Origin: Thermodesulfobacteriota bacterium
GTDB taxonomy: Bacteria; Desulfobacterota; Binatia; Bin18
DNA length: 64,000 nt
NCBI GenBank assembly: GCA_964291405.2
Contig: OZ219926.1
Span: 3,072,001-3,136,000 of the forward strand
Direction of reading: 5' to 3'
A program made the position numbers and the translations under genes. Positions 1-9,979 of the stretch are shown here, in pieces. Position 1 is the stretch's first letter. Every line of letters begins with the position of its first letter. The notes beneath the pieces are model-generated. The model worked only from the letters and a program-made list of their open reading frames with translations, was not told the DNA's origin and made no database searches.

Positions 1-490
1 GGGCTATCGTCCCGTTTTTCCCGCGGACGTAGCGGGGCAGTCGGGTGTGACCGGTTGGATTCAGGTTACGGGCCCGAACTTGGTCACCAACTGAGAAACG
101 TGAGGTCAGACGACCTTCTGTCCGATTGCAGGGTGCCCCGCCTTGTACAACTGCCGGGACCGCCTCCGGCGGAAGCGGACCTTCTGTTCGCTTGCCGGCC
201 TCTTGGGCGACTCCGGTTGCTAATTCCTCTGGGGTGAGCACCCCTTTTTCCACAGCCAGGGTTTCCAGTGCGGCCAGCCAGTGTTCATAGTAGGTCGAGG
301 AGAGATAATGGACGGGGTCCATGCGTTCGATCGCGTGCCGAAAGGCGTCGAGCGTGTCGAGTTGGCCCATGCCGAGCATGGTCATGGCAAACACGCGCTT
401 CTCCCACTCGGCATGAAAGATCGGCTCATTCTCTTCCGGTTTGACCGGGCCGTAGCAGGTCATACCACCCATGTCATGCACGCTGTTCAT
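1..490 (-). CDS. nthB: Nitrile hydratase subunit beta (3' end runs off the window)
   Basis: Not in the ORF track. The reverse strand from ATG at 490 (GAGGAG RBS upstream) reads MNSVHDMGGMTCYGPVKPEENEPIFHAEWEKRVFAM...FRHAIERMDPVHYLSSTYYEHW...RFSVGDQVRARNLNPTGHTRLPRYVRGKNG, containing the NHase-beta motifs HDMGG, YYEHW and GHTRLPRYVRG. Confidence 0.93.
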   Translation of the reverse strand, partial: MNSVHDMGGMTCYGPVKPEENEPIFHAEWEKRVFAMTMLGMGQLDTLDAFRHAIERMDPVHYLSSTYYEHWLAALETLAVEKGVLTPEELATGVAQEAGKRTEGPLPPEAVPAVVQGGAPCNRTEGRLTSRFSVGDQVRARNLNPTGHTRLPRYVRGKNGTIA

Positions 491-572
491 ACGTTTCTCC
501 TCGGGCTTAACGCGTGGGCATCAACCTAACACTCGCTCTGTTGAGGGTCAATCAATTGGGCGCTGTGTACGC

Positions 573-1397
573 TTAGGGTGTGGTTTCCGCTATCCACGCC
601 TGCGCGACTTCACGGTGCGTTGCAAACCAGACGCCCTCATGTTCCAGGATATGTTGAATCAGCCGCTCCAGCATGGCCATGCGCGAGCGGCGGCCAATAA
701 CCTGCGGGTGCATAACAATGCCGAGAAAGCCGCCGTCCGCATAGGCACCGTCAAACTCGGCCTCCCAGATTTCATACACCTTATTCTGGCTCGACATGCC
801 AGCGAAATAGGGAGAGAAGCTGAACAGAAAATGCGGCGCATCGTCCAACTCCCAACTAAAGGGAATCTCCAGGAGCTGACGTTTGGTCTGTGGGGTTGTG
901 AGCCAGTAGGGGTTATCGTCGCCAACCAGGCTGCTGTCGTACAGAAAATCGTGGTCGAGCAATAAGTCAAAGGTATGCGGGCCGGTATTGCCGGCTGGAG
1001 AGCGGTAGCCCTGTGGCGCCTGGCCGGTAATACGCTTGAGGCTCTCTGTCCCCTTCAACAACACCTCCAGCTCGGCCTCGCGACCCTTGTTGGCGACAAA
1101 CTCGTGCTCATAGCCGTGATGCCCGATTTCATGCCCGTCGGCGTACATCTGTTCAACCAACTGCGGGTGGGTGTCCGCCGACCAGCCCGGCACAAAGAAC
1201 GTTGCCTTGAGGTCATATTTTTTGAGCAGGTTGAGAATACGCGGCACCCCAACCCGCGCCCCGTACTCGCCGCGCGATAGCTGACCTGGAAAGGGCTGGC
1301 GCATAGTCCGAAACCAGAGTGTTTCCGCATCAAAGTCAAAACTCAGGCCAACCGCACAGCGTTTATTATCCGGCCACATGGGACGCTCCTTTGTCAC
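573..1397 (-). CDS. Polysaccharide deacetylase (CE4, PuuE/PgdA-like) family hydrolase
   Basis: SFDFD, ATFFVPG, HEIGHHGYEH, GYRSP, YDSS and MHPQVIGR motifs. Confidence 0.85.
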   Translation of the reverse strand: MTKERPMWPDNKRCAVGLSFDFDAETLWFRTMRQPFPGQLSRGEYGARVGVPRILNLLKKYDLKATFFVPGWSADTHPQLVEQMYADGHEIGHHGYEHEFVANKGREAELEVLLKGTESLKRITGQAPQGYRSPAGNTGPHTFDLLLDHDFLYDSSLVGDDNPYWLTTPQTKRQLLEIPFSWELDDAPHFLFSFSPYFAGMSSQNKVYEIWEAEFDGAYADGGFLGIVMHPQVIGRRSRMAMLERLIQHILEHEGVWFATHREVAQAWIAETTP

Positions 1398-1527
1398 AAC
1401 TCAGGTCGGTGTTTTGTCTGACTGTAAAAGAGTGAGCCAGTATTCTCAATGGACACCTCACGGAATCTCGGCGGGCGTTGAAAAATGGCAGGTGGCGTTC
1501 TAGGCTGAAAAACTACGGAGAATAAAG

Positions 1528-2145
1528 ATGCCTCAAGTAAGCAAACCAGCTTGGCCGGGTTGGGCGGAATATTCCATTCCGGTGAAAATCAATGTGCGGG
1601 CGGTACAACTGACGGATGAACAGTTCGTGCTTTTGTGTCAAGAGAACCCGGAGTTGCGCCTTGAACTAACCGCAGAGCACGAGTTGGTGATTATGCCTCC
1701 AACAGGATCAAAGACGGGATGGCGGAATAGTAGAATTACCCAGCGTTTAGCAAACTGGGCCGAAACGGACGGAACCGGTCTGGTCTTCGATTCTTCAACC
1801 GAGTTCATGTTGCCGAATGGTGCAAAACGTTCACCGGATGTCTCATGGCTGAGACGCGTCCGTTGGGAGGCTTTGACCGAAGTACAGCAGAACGGCTTTG
1901 CCCCGCTGTGTCCCGACTTTGTGGTCGAGCTTCGCTCGCAACAGGATCGTCTCGCTACCCTGCAAGAAAAAATGCAGGAGTATCTTGCCACCGGTGCCCA
2001 GCTCGGCTGGCTGATTGATCCGCTTGAAAAGTGCGTCCATATCTACCGCTCGAAGCAGACCGTTGAGACCCGTGATGATCCGGCTTCACTCGACGGTGAA
2101 GCCGTCTTGCCCGGATTCGTCCTGGATGTTCGGGAGCTGTGGTAG
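1528..2145 (+). CDS. Uma2 family (DUF820) endonuclease-fold protein
   Basis: RSPDVSW, CPDFVVELRS, KMQEY, LGWLIDP and LPGFVLDV motifs. Confidence 0.92.
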   Translation: MPQVSKPAWPGWAEYSIPVKINVRAVQLTDEQFVLLCQENPELRLELTAEHELVIMPPTGSKTGWRNSRITQRLANWAETDGTGLVFDSSTEFMLPNGAKRSPDVSWLRRVRWEALTEVQQNGFAPLCPDFVVELRSQQDRLATLQEKMQEYLATGAQLGWLIDPLEKCVHIYRSKQTVETRDDPASLDGEAVLPGFVLDVRELW

Positions 2146-2194
2146 GTGACAGGAATATCAGCGGTCGGGGCGGAAAGCGGACGTTTGCTCTGGT

Positions 2195-2584
2195 ATGAAG
2201 CTAAAACGGATGAAGATTGTCGTGCAGCCAGAGGACGATTTTTTCGATCAGGTCCGCGAGGCATTTTCTACTGTTGCCAAAGCGTCACGGAAATGCGAAA
2301 AACTCCCACGGTCCACACCGGTTCTCTCCTTTCCCAGCATCAAGGAGATGGCTCGGACACTGACGCCAAAACGTCTTGAACTCCTGAGATTGATCCGGCG
2401 AAACGATCCTCAATCAGTGCGCCAATTGGCCACGTTGGCAGGTAGAGATATAAAGAATGTCAGTACGGACCTGAAAGTCTTGGAGAACCTGGGATTGGTC
2501 GAAACTGAAGAGCGGGAGTCGCCCCGCCAGCGCAAACGTCCGGTGAGCACCTTTGATCGACTGGACATGGAGGTGTATTTATAG
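2195..2584 (+). CDS. wHTH DNA-binding protein, HVO_A0114-like putative antitoxin/regulator
   Basis: LTPKRLELL...PQSVRQLA..AGRDIKNVSTDLKVLENLGLV winged HTH. Confidence 0.75.
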   Translation: MKLKRMKIVVQPEDDFFDQVREAFSTVAKASRKCEKLPRSTPVLSFPSIKEMARTLTPKRLELLRLIRRNDPQSVRQLATLAGRDIKNVSTDLKVLENLGLVETEERESPRQRKRPVSTFDRLDMEVYL

Positions 2585-2606
2585 TCTTGTTTCCAAGGCG
2601 GACTGT

Positions 2607-3401
2607 ATGACAACATTTTTTGACGGACCGAAACCCAGACTGTTTGCACACCGGGGCGCTAGCGGGGAAGCGCCCGAGAATACCATGGCCGCGTTTCAGC
2701 GGGCTGTGGATGCGGGCGTTGAGTATATTGAGTTGGATGTACATGCGTCTGAGGATGGGCAGGTCATGGTCATCCACGACGCGACCATCGAGCGGACGAC
2801 CAATGGTCTGGGTGAGGTTCGGAACTATTCCCTTGCTGCCCTGCAACAGCTCGACGCGGGCTATCGGTTTTCGCCGGACGAGGGCAAGACGCTCCCTTTC
2901 CGCGCGTCGGACGTCATTATTCCTTCGCTCCAAGAGGTGCTGGAGAGCTTTCCGCAGGTAAAATTTACGGTTGAGATCAAGCCATCCGACCCGCCCATCG
3001 AAGAACCGGTGATTGCGGTGATCAAAGACTGCGGCAAGGCAGATGACGTTATCATTGCGTCAGAACATGATGTGGTGTTGGCGCGCGTACGAACCCTGGC
3101 CCCGGATATCCCGACGAATTTTGGCTATAACGAAGTGGTCGATTTTATCCAGCGCGTTGCAACCGGTCAGCTAGACGGCTATCAGCCGCCCGGTCAGGCG
3201 CTTCAGATCCCACCCACATATCAGAATATCCCGTTAGTGACGGAACAAACGATTGCCGCCGCGCACCAACTCAATGTGGAAATCCATGCGTGGACGATTA
3301 ATGAGCCACACGAGATGCGCAGCCTGCTTGACCTCGGTGTAGACGGGGTGATGTCAGACTTTCCGGCGCGTTTATTGGAAGTGGCACGGGAGAGAGGGTA
3401 A
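2607..3401 (+). CDS. Glycerophosphodiester phosphodiesterase
   Basis: AHRGAS..APENT, ELDV, IHD, EIK, WTIN and GVMSDFP motifs. Start moved to the ATG at 2607. Confidence 0.92.
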   Translation: MTTFFDGPKPRLFAHRGASGEAPENTMAAFQRAVDAGVEYIELDVHASEDGQVMVIHDATIERTTNGLGEVRNYSLAALQQLDAGYRFSPDEGKTLPFRASDVIIPSLQEVLESFPQVKFTVEIKPSDPPIEEPVIAVIKDCGKADDVIIASEHDVVLARVRTLAPDIPTNFGYNEVVDFIQRVATGQLDGYQPPGQALQIPPTYQNIPLVTEQTIAAAHQLNVEIHAWTINEPHEMRSLLDLGVDGVMSDFPARLLEVARERG

Positions 3402-3463
3402 GGCGGAGAGTGTGGAAACCTGATAGCCCTGCTCTCGTTCCTCAATTGGCCATGGTCCAGAGA

Positions 3464-3511
3464 GGGAACCCACCCCGACCCACGGCCACCCCTCCTTGGA
3501 GGGGGAGGGAT
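3464..3511. repeat. REP-like GC-rich intergenic element (copy A)
   Basis: GGGAACCCACCCCGACCCACGGCCACCCCTCCTTGGAGGGG, closely matching 32328-32372; lies between convergent genes. Confidence 0.7.
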
Positions 3512-3528
3512 GCCGGGAATGAGCCCGC

Positions 3529-4365
3529 TTACTGAATCTTCGGCATAACCTCGGCGGCAAAGCGCTCTATGCCACTGCGGAAGGTCGCGGCATCAGCGTA
3601 GCGTCCCAGCCCCAGAACGTAGTAATTGGCCCCGGCCTCTTTCATGGCCGATATGCGATCGATCATGGGTTCTGGGCTGCCCTCGCGGATCATGCCGCCG
3701 ACGATCAGGGCGGGCATGGACCGTCCGTGCTTTTCGGATTCCTCGCGTAAATGGGCGGCAACCTGGGCCAACTCTCCCGACTGGAGTCCGATCGGATAAT
3801 AGCCGTCGCCCCATTTGATGGTCCGCTCAATGGCCTTGGGGCCGGCTCCCCCAACCCAGATGGGCGGACGCGCCGGACGCGGGGCAAAGACAAACTCGGG
3901 GAATTTGATGTGAGTCCCGTCGTACGCACTCACATCGTTATCAAACAACTGATGGACGACTTCGAGGGTTTCGTTGGTAATGGCGCCCCGCTTGCGCGGG
4001 TCCACGCCCAGGGCTTCAAATTCCGGCCGCATCCAGCCGACCCCGGCACCCAGGATAAGCCGCTCGCCTGAGAGTTCCTGGAGGGTGGCCACCTGCTTCG
4101 CCATATACACGGCAGGCCGGTAGGGAAAGACCAGGACGGAAATACCGAGCTGAATTTTCCGGGTCAGCGCGGCAAAATAGGCCAGCGTCGTCAGCGGCTC
4201 AAAATAGCGTCCGCCCGATCCTTCAGTTTGATCCGGTGGAATGGCCAGATGATCGACTACAAACGCGGCATCAAAACCGGCTTCTTCCACGGCCTGCACG
4301 CACGCACCGAGCGTGTCCCGGGTCGCGGCCGGACCCATATTGCGGATGACAACACCAAATTTCAT
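3529..4365 (-). CDS. LLM class oxidoreductase, probably F420-dependent
   Basis: GFDAAFVVDH, LGISVLVFPYR, GAGVGWMRPEF and PPIWVGG motifs. Confidence 0.85.
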   Translation of the reverse strand: MKFGVVIRNMGPAATRDTLGACVQAVEEAGFDAAFVVDHLAIPPDQTEGSGGRYFEPLTTLAYFAALTRKIQLGISVLVFPYRPAVYMAKQVATLQELSGERLILGAGVGWMRPEFEALGVDPRKRGAITNETLEVVHQLFDNDVSAYDGTHIKFPEFVFAPRPARPPIWVGGAGPKAIERTIKWGDGYYPIGLQSGELAQVAAHLREESEKHGRSMPALIVGGMIREGSPEPMIDRISAMKEAGANYYVLGLGRYADAATFRSGIERFAAEVMPKIQ

Positions 4366-4667
4366 GCGTCTTCTCCTTCGCCGTCTTGAAACAAACGTTC
4401 AGCCAATTCCTCGGCCAGCGCCGAGCGCTCGTCCTTATCCTCTCGAAGCAGATCGAAAGACAGGTTCATCAGCATTTTTCCGAGGACCTCGCGTTGGAGC
4501 AGATTGAGGCTGACGGTTTGTGGCTGTTCCTCTTCGAGGTGAGCCAGGAGGGTCTCCATGGAGCGGACCCCGGCGTCATTCTCCTGTCGCGCCAGCCGGT
4601 CGCCCGCCATGCCCGCTGCCTGCTGCAGCAAGGCGACTTCTCGGGTGGTGAGGGGATACGAGGACAT
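4362..4667 (-). CDS. Hypothetical helical protein
   Basis: 101 aa, 12 bp after the leuD stop, 4-bp overlap with the LLM gene. Confidence 0.7.
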   Translation of the reverse strand: MSSYPLTTREVALLQQAAGMAGDRLARQENDAGVRSMETLLAHLEEEQPQTVSLNLLQREVLGKMLMNLSFDLLREDKDERSALAEELAERLFQDGEGEDA

Positions 4668-4679
4668 GGCGAGTATTTT

Positions 4680-5300
4680 CTACCCCAAATCCGGAAACAG
4701 CCAGGGCGCTTCGTTTTTGCGGCGTTGCTCATAGGCCGTGATATCGGCATCGTTTTGCAGGGTGAGCCCGATTTCATCCAAGCCGTTGAGCAGACAGTTT
4801 TTCCGAAAGGGATCAATGTCGAAATGAAAACTGCTCCCCCCCGGTGTCGTGACGGTTTGGGCCGCCAGGTCCACGCTGAGTTGATAGCCCGGCTGGGGTT
4901 CGACTGCGGTGAATAATTGATCGACTTCTGCGTTTGTCAGGACAACCGGCAGCATACCGTTTTTGAAGCAGTTGTTAAAAAAGATATCGGCAAAACTGGG
5001 GGCGATCACGCACCGAAACCCATAGTCCAACAAGGCCCACGGTGCGTGCTCGCGCGACGAGCCACAGCCGAAATTGTCCCGCGCCAGGAGAATGCTCGCG
5101 CCGGTATAGCGCGGTTGATTGAGGACAAAGCCGTCCTGGGGATTGCCGTCGCTGGCGTAGCGCCAATCCGAGAACAACCCTTCCCGCAGGCCCGTGCGCT
5201 TAATGGTCTTGAGATACTGCTTGGGGATAATTTGATCGGTATCGACATTCACCCGGTCGAGCGGGGCAACAATACCTGTGAGCGTGGTAAAAGCGTCCAT
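4680..5300 (-). CDS. leuD: 3-isopropylmalate dehydratase small subunit
   Basis: [28 protein letters not shown] and SFADIFFNN motifs. Confidence 0.98.
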   Translation of the reverse strand: MDAFTTLTGIVAPLDRVNVDTDQIIPKQYLKTIKRTGLREGLFSDWRYASDGNPQDGFVLNQPRYTGASILLARDNFGCGSSREHAPWALLDYGFRCVIAPSFADIFFNNCFKNGMLPVVLTNAEVDQLFTAVEPQPGYQLSVDLAAQTVTTPGGSSFHFDIDPFRKNCLLNGLDEIGLTLQNDADITAYEQRRKNEAPWLFPDLG

Positions 5301-5330
5301 AGCGGTTTCCTTTATGTCTCCAATGCGGAT

Positions 5331-6734
5331 TTAGCTCCAGTTTCTGATATCGACAAAGCGGCCTTCGATAGCCGCGGCTGCGGCCATGGCCGGGGAGACC
5401 AAATGGGTACGCCCGCCCTTGCCCTGACGGCCTTCAAAATTACGGTTGCTGGTTGAGGCGCAGCGCTCACCCGGCTGAAGGGTGTCGGCGTTCATGGCCA
5501 GACACATGGAACAGCCGGCCTCGCGCCACTCGAAGCCTGCGTCCTTGAAAATGAGGTCGAGCCCTTCGTCCTCGGCCTGCTTTTTGATCAGGCCGGAGCC
5601 TGGCACTACCAAGGCGTTGACGGTCGAGGCGACCTTTCTACCCTTTGCATAGTGGGCAGCAATGCGCAGGTCCTCGATGCGTGAATTGGTACAGGAGCCG
5701 ATAAAGACCCGGTCGACCGGAATTGCCGTTATGGGGGTTCCGGCTTTCAGATCCATATAGGCCAGGGCCCGTTGCGTGGCTTCTTGCGTTTCCGGCGAGG
5801 GCATATCGGCCGGGTCTGGCACGGCGCCGGTAATATCGGTAACCATGCCCGGATTCGTACCCCAGGTGACCTGGGGGGCGATGTCTTCCGCTTTCAGTTC
5901 TATGGTCTTATCAAAGCTGGCGTCCGGGTCTGACGGCAGTTGCTGCCAGGCCGCTACCGCCCGCTCGAACAGCTCGCCCTTGGGTGCAAACGGGCGGTCC
6001 TTGATATAGGCAAACGTCTTTTCGTCCGGCGCGACCATACCGGCCCGCGCGCCGCCCTCAATGGACATATTGCACAGCGTCATGCGGCCTTCTATTGACA
6101 GTGCCCGGATGGCCGAGCCCGTGTATTCGATGACATGCCCGGTTCCGCCGGCCGTCCCGATTTTGCCGATAATAGCCAGGATAATATCTTTGGCGGAACA
6201 CCGCTCGGGCAACTCGCCCTCCACCCGCACCTGCATGGTTTTGGCCTTCTTTTGGAGCAGGCATTGGGAGGCTAACACGTGCTCAACCTCGCTGGTGCCA
6301 ATGCCAAAGGCTAGGGCGCCAAACGCGCCGTGTGTGGCGGTATGGGAATCCCCGCACACAATAACCATACCCGGCAGGGTGAGCCCTTGCTCCGGTCCGA
6401 TCACATGCACAATGCCCTGACGGATATCGTCTATGTCGAAAATTGGGACGCCGGTTGTCCGACAGTTCTCCTGGAGAGCTTCAATCTGCTTGGCTGCCAC
6501 TGCATCCTCAATCGGTTTGTCCCGGTCTGTTGTTGGCACGTTATGGTCGGGCACGGCTATCGTCGCCTGGGTACGACGCACGTTCCGGCCGGCCAGTTGT
6601 AAGCCCTCAAACGCCTGTGGAGAAGTCACCTCGTGGGTGAGGTGACGATCAACATACAAGAGCGCGGTGCCGTCCTCTTCGGTCCGCACCACGTGCGACT
6701 CCCAGATTTTCTCAAACATCGTCTTGCTCGCCAT
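5331..6734 (-). CDS. leuC: 3-isopropylmalate dehydratase large subunit
   Basis: [31 protein letters not shown] and [12 protein letters not shown] motifs. Confidence 0.98.
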   Translation of the reverse strand: MASKTMFEKIWESHVVRTEEDGTALLYVDRHLTHEVTSPQAFEGLQLAGRNVRRTQATIAVPDHNVPTTDRDKPIEDAVAAKQIEALQENCRTTGVPIFDIDDIRQGIVHVIGPEQGLTLPGMVIVCGDSHTATHGAFGALAFGIGTSEVEHVLASQCLLQKKAKTMQVRVEGELPERCSAKDIILAIIGKIGTAGGTGHVIEYTGSAIRALSIEGRMTLCNMSIEGGARAGMVAPDEKTFAYIKDRPFAPKGELFERAVAAWQQLPSDPDASFDKTIELKAEDIAPQVTWGTNPGMVTDITGAVPDPADMPSPETQEATQRALAYMDLKAGTPITAIPVDRVFIGSCTNSRIEDLRIAAHYAKGRKVASTVNALVVPGSGLIKKQAEDEGLDLIFKDAGFEWREAGCSMCLAMNADTLQPGERCASTSNRNFEGRQGKGGRTHLVSPAMAAAAAIEGRFVDIRNWS

Positions 6735-6931
6735 GATCTACCCCTTTATGTCCTATCTTTCTCTTGGGACGTGGCTGCTGAAAGAGCTATACCTTTCTCA
6801 GATTTGGTAGAGGCTGGCAAGATGGAAGGAGCGGAGGCGGTATGGTAGGATGGCCCTCCTGAGGAAGCGGGCATGGGTCATCATGTCCCATCGCTTCAAA
6901 AAACAAGAGACAATCGTGCAGGGGGAACTTC

Positions 6932-7792
6932 ATGGGCGAATGGACCGTTGACATCAATGAAAAAGACTTTGAGCAGGACGTGCTCGAACGCTCGTACAGC
7001 GTCCCGGTTGTGCTGGATTTTTGGGCTCCGTGGTGCGGTCCCTGTCGTGCTATCGGCCCGGTGTTGGAGAAACTCGCGGACGAACAAGCCGGTAAGTTCG
7101 TTCTGGCGAAGGTGAATGTTGATGAAAATCCCGCTCTGGCCCAATCCTTTCAGATCAGCAGTATTCCGGCGGTGAAGGCCGTCAAGGAGGGCGCTATTGC
7201 CAACGAGTTTCTGGGCGCTCTGCCCGAGCCGGCGATTCGCCAATTTATTGAAGAACTGATGCCGTCCGAGGCCGACGCGCTGGCCCAGCAAGGCCAGGAC
7301 CTGCAAGACCAGGGAAAGGAGCAAGGAGCCGAGAGTCTCTATCGCGCCGCCCTCTCAAAGGACGAGCGGCAGCCGAAGGCACTGCTCGGGCTGGCCCGTC
7401 TTCTGATGGGCAAGGAAGAACACGCGGACGCGCTTACCCTGCTTGGCCGTGTCCTGCCACATACGCAGGAGCATGCCGAAGCGCAGCAGGTAGCCGCTCA
7501 GATACGCGTCAAACAGACCGGAGCCAGCGCCGATGAAGAGGTCGCTTGTCGCGAGAAAATTGAGGCCGACCCGAACGATCTGGACACACGGTTTGACCTT
7601 GCCCAGATTCTGGCGGCTTCGACTCGCTATGAAGAGGCGCTTGCCGAATATCTGGAGATCGTGAAGAAAGACCGCACCTTCCGAGACGAAGGCGCGCGGA
7701 AAGCCATGCTCGAAATTTTTGAGGTGGTTGGCGCTCGGAGTGAATTAGCTGATCGATACCGGTCGGAAATGGCTAAGGTGTTGTTCAGTTAG
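6932..7792 (+). CDS. Thioredoxin-TPR co-chaperone (YbbN/CnoX family)
   Basis: WAPWCGPC thioredoxin domain followed by TPR helices and a YR..M.KVLF end. Confidence 0.9.
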   Translation: MGEWTVDINEKDFEQDVLERSYSVPVVLDFWAPWCGPCRAIGPVLEKLADEQAGKFVLAKVNVDENPALAQSFQISSIPAVKAVKEGAIANEFLGALPEPAIRQFIEELMPSEADALAQQGQDLQDQGKEQGAESLYRAALSKDERQPKALLGLARLLMGKEEHADALTLLGRVLPHTQEHAEAQQVAAQIRVKQTGASADEEVACREKIEADPNDLDTRFDLAQILAASTRYEEALAEYLEIVKKDRTFRDEGARKAMLEIFEVVGARSELADRYRSEMAKVLFS

Positions 7793-7833
7793 GTGCGGCA
7801 GGTTGGGTGGGCGAAGCGCCATTCGACGATTCT

Positions 7834-8703
7834 CTACGCTAACGCCCACTCCTCACCTTCGTTTTTCACCATACCTTCTTTTTCCAGCTTAATCAGGTGG
7901 GACTGCACGGAGTTCCCGGCCGCGGCGTGCAGAAACTCGGGCACGTCCACATAAATACGCTTCACCATGTCTGGAATTCTGGTCAGTCCGGCGCCAAGTG
8001 CGTCCAGCACCTGCTGCTCGCGCAACTCGCGGTGGGCGATGTAGGCGTTCAGTTTTTTATACGGCTCGCGAATCGCCGGGCCGTGAGCGGGATAAATCAC
8101 CGATAGATCAAGGTCGAGCAGCTTGCGCAGTGAGGCCATATAGTCAATCAAGCCGCCGCCTTCTTCCGGTACGACCGTCGTTCCGGCTCCCAGCACCAGA
8201 TCTCCGGTAAAGAGCGCTTTTTCCTCTTCGAGGTAGTAACACAGATGGTCCTTGGCATGACCCGGCGTATGGATCGCGTGCAGGGTGGCCCCGTCGGTCT
8301 CGATGGTAGCGCCGTCTTCGATATAGGTCAGTGGGAAGGTGTAGGCCGCGTCCTTTTCCGGCCAGCGATGTTTTGAGACGCTGAGTTCGCCAAAACGTTT
8401 CTGCACATTGGGCACCCCGCCGATATGGTCCTGATGGACATGGGTGAGGACAATCTCCTGGAGTTCATTGGCGCCTTTGGTTTCGGACAGGCCCTGTTCC
8501 AATAAGGGGTCGTAGACCTCCAGGCCGATTCCTGTGTCGAGCAGCAATGGTCGTTTGCTCGTGCCAACCAGATAGGTGTTGGTTCCGGGGCCGGTGAACG
8601 GCCCAGGGTTTTGACCGAGCACGGTCGCAACCCGCTCGCTCCAGGTGTCGAAGTCGGGCAACTTCAGCCCGGCCATGGTGTCAGTCACAACACGTTGCGG
8701 CAT
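7834..8703 (-). CDS. MBL-fold metallo-hydrolase (LACTB2-like)
   Basis: GQNPGPFTGPGTNTYLVG, THVHQDHIGG, TPGHAKDH and PAHG motifs; C-terminal wHTH. Confidence 0.88.
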   Translation of the reverse strand: MPQRVVTDTMAGLKLPDFDTWSERVATVLGQNPGPFTGPGTNTYLVGTSKRPLLLDTGIGLEVYDPLLEQGLSETKGANELQEIVLTHVHQDHIGGVPNVQKRFGELSVSKHRWPEKDAAYTFPLTYIEDGATIETDGATLHAIHTPGHAKDHLCYYLEEEKALFTGDLVLGAGTTVVPEEGGGLIDYMASLRKLLDLDLSVIYPAHGPAIREPYKKLNAYIAHRELREQQVLDALGAGLTRIPDMVKRIYVDVPEFLHAAAGNSVQSHLIKLEKEGMVKNEGEEWALA

Positions 8704-8706
8704 GTC

Positions 8707-9873
8707 TCAGCTCCTCAGTAGGTTGGCGGCTATGGTTCTGAGTTGCATATTCGAGGTGCCCTCATAGATTTTGCCGATCTTGGCGTCCCGGTAGAACTTC
8801 TCGGCAGGATAGTCTTTGGTAAAACCCACACCACCGAAAATCTCCAGCGCGCGCGAGGCCACCCGTTCACCGACCTGGGAGCAAAAGAATTTGGTCATGG
8901 CCGCGGAATGGGCAAACGGTTGTCCGCTCTCTTTGAGGCGGGCCGTGTTATACACCATCAGCCGGGCGGCCTCGATCTCGGTCGCCAGCTCGGCCAACTC
9001 GAATTGGACGGCCTGAAAATCTGTAATCGCCCGCCCAAACTGTGAACGCTCTCTGGCATAGCCCAGCGCACACTCAAAGGCCCCCTGGGCCAGACCGGTC
9101 ATTTGCGCTCCGATCCCAATCCGGCCTTCGTTCAGGGTCTCAATCGCGACTTTATAGCCCTGGCCGATTTCTGCCACGACCTGACTGCGCGGCACCCGGA
9201 CGTCTTCGAGAATCAGCTCACAGGTCGAACTGGCGCGAATCCCAAGTTTGTCTTCTTTTTTCCCGACGCTGAAACCTGGCATATCGCGTTCGACCATGAA
9301 GGCGGTCACGCCCTTATAGCCCTTGTCCGGGTCGGCATTGGCAAAGAGCAGATACACCCCGGCTTCGGCGCCATTGGTGGTCCACATCTTTTGGCCGTTC
9401 AGCACAAAGGTATCGCCCTCCGGCCGCGCGCGGGTCTGCATGGCAAAGGCGTCGCTCCCGGAACCGGACTCGGATAAGGAATAGGCCCCGACCGTGTCTG
9501 TGGCCAGGCGAGGGAAAAACTGAGCTTTCTGGTCAGGGTTGAGCCAGCGGACGAGGGCATTGTTGACCAGGGTATTCTGGACATCCACACAGGTGGCGAC
9601 CGCCGGGTCAATCCGTGCAAACTCTTCAATGGCCAGAATCGACATAAAGAAACTGGCATCCGCGCCGCCATAGCTGGCGGGGATTTCGATGCCCATGACC
9701 CCCAAGTCAAAGAGTTGGGCAATCAGCCCCTGGGGGATCTTGGCCGCGCGGTCCATCTCCATGACGTGGGGTTTGACCTGTTCCTCGGCGAACTCCCGCA
9801 CCATCGTCCGAAATAATTCCTCTTCCTCACTCAGCGTCGCCAGAGGCAGATGTGTCGCGTGATCCATAGGCAT
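8707..9873 (-). CDS. Short/branched-chain acyl-CoA dehydrogenase
   Basis: YSLSESGSGSD, KLGIRASST, LNEGRIGI and YRDAKIGKIYEGTSNMQ motifs. Confidence 0.93.
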   Translation of the reverse strand: MPMDHATHLPLATLSEEEELFRTMVREFAEEQVKPHVMEMDRAAKIPQGLIAQLFDLGVMGIEIPASYGGADASFFMSILAIEEFARIDPAVATCVDVQNTLVNNALVRWLNPDQKAQFFPRLATDTVGAYSLSESGSGSDAFAMQTRARPEGDTFVLNGQKMWTTNGAEAGVYLLFANADPDKGYKGVTAFMVERDMPGFSVGKKEDKLGIRASSTCELILEDVRVPRSQVVAEIGQGYKVAIETLNEGRIGIGAQMTGLAQGAFECALGYARERSQFGRAITDFQAVQFELAELATEIEAARLMVYNTARLKESGQPFAHSAAMTKFFCSQVGERVASRALEIFGGVGFTKDYPAEKFYRDAKIGKIYEGTSNMQLRTIAANLLRS

Positions 9874-9979
9874 CTTCCCCCCTTGCTTGGTTGGATGGTG
9901 TCATTGTTGGCACGTTGCTTCTCGGATGTCCAGCCGGTATATCATCACGAGAAAACGCTCACGGACAGTTTTCCTTGGT

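Noticed and set aside
55-965. Plus-strand ORFs at 55, 281 and 471
   Set aside because: They are antisense to nthB and the CE4 hydrolase, which have strong motif support.
6735-6931. Leucine attenuator upstream of leuC
   Set aside because: No Leu-rich leader peptide or terminator hairpin on the leuC strand.
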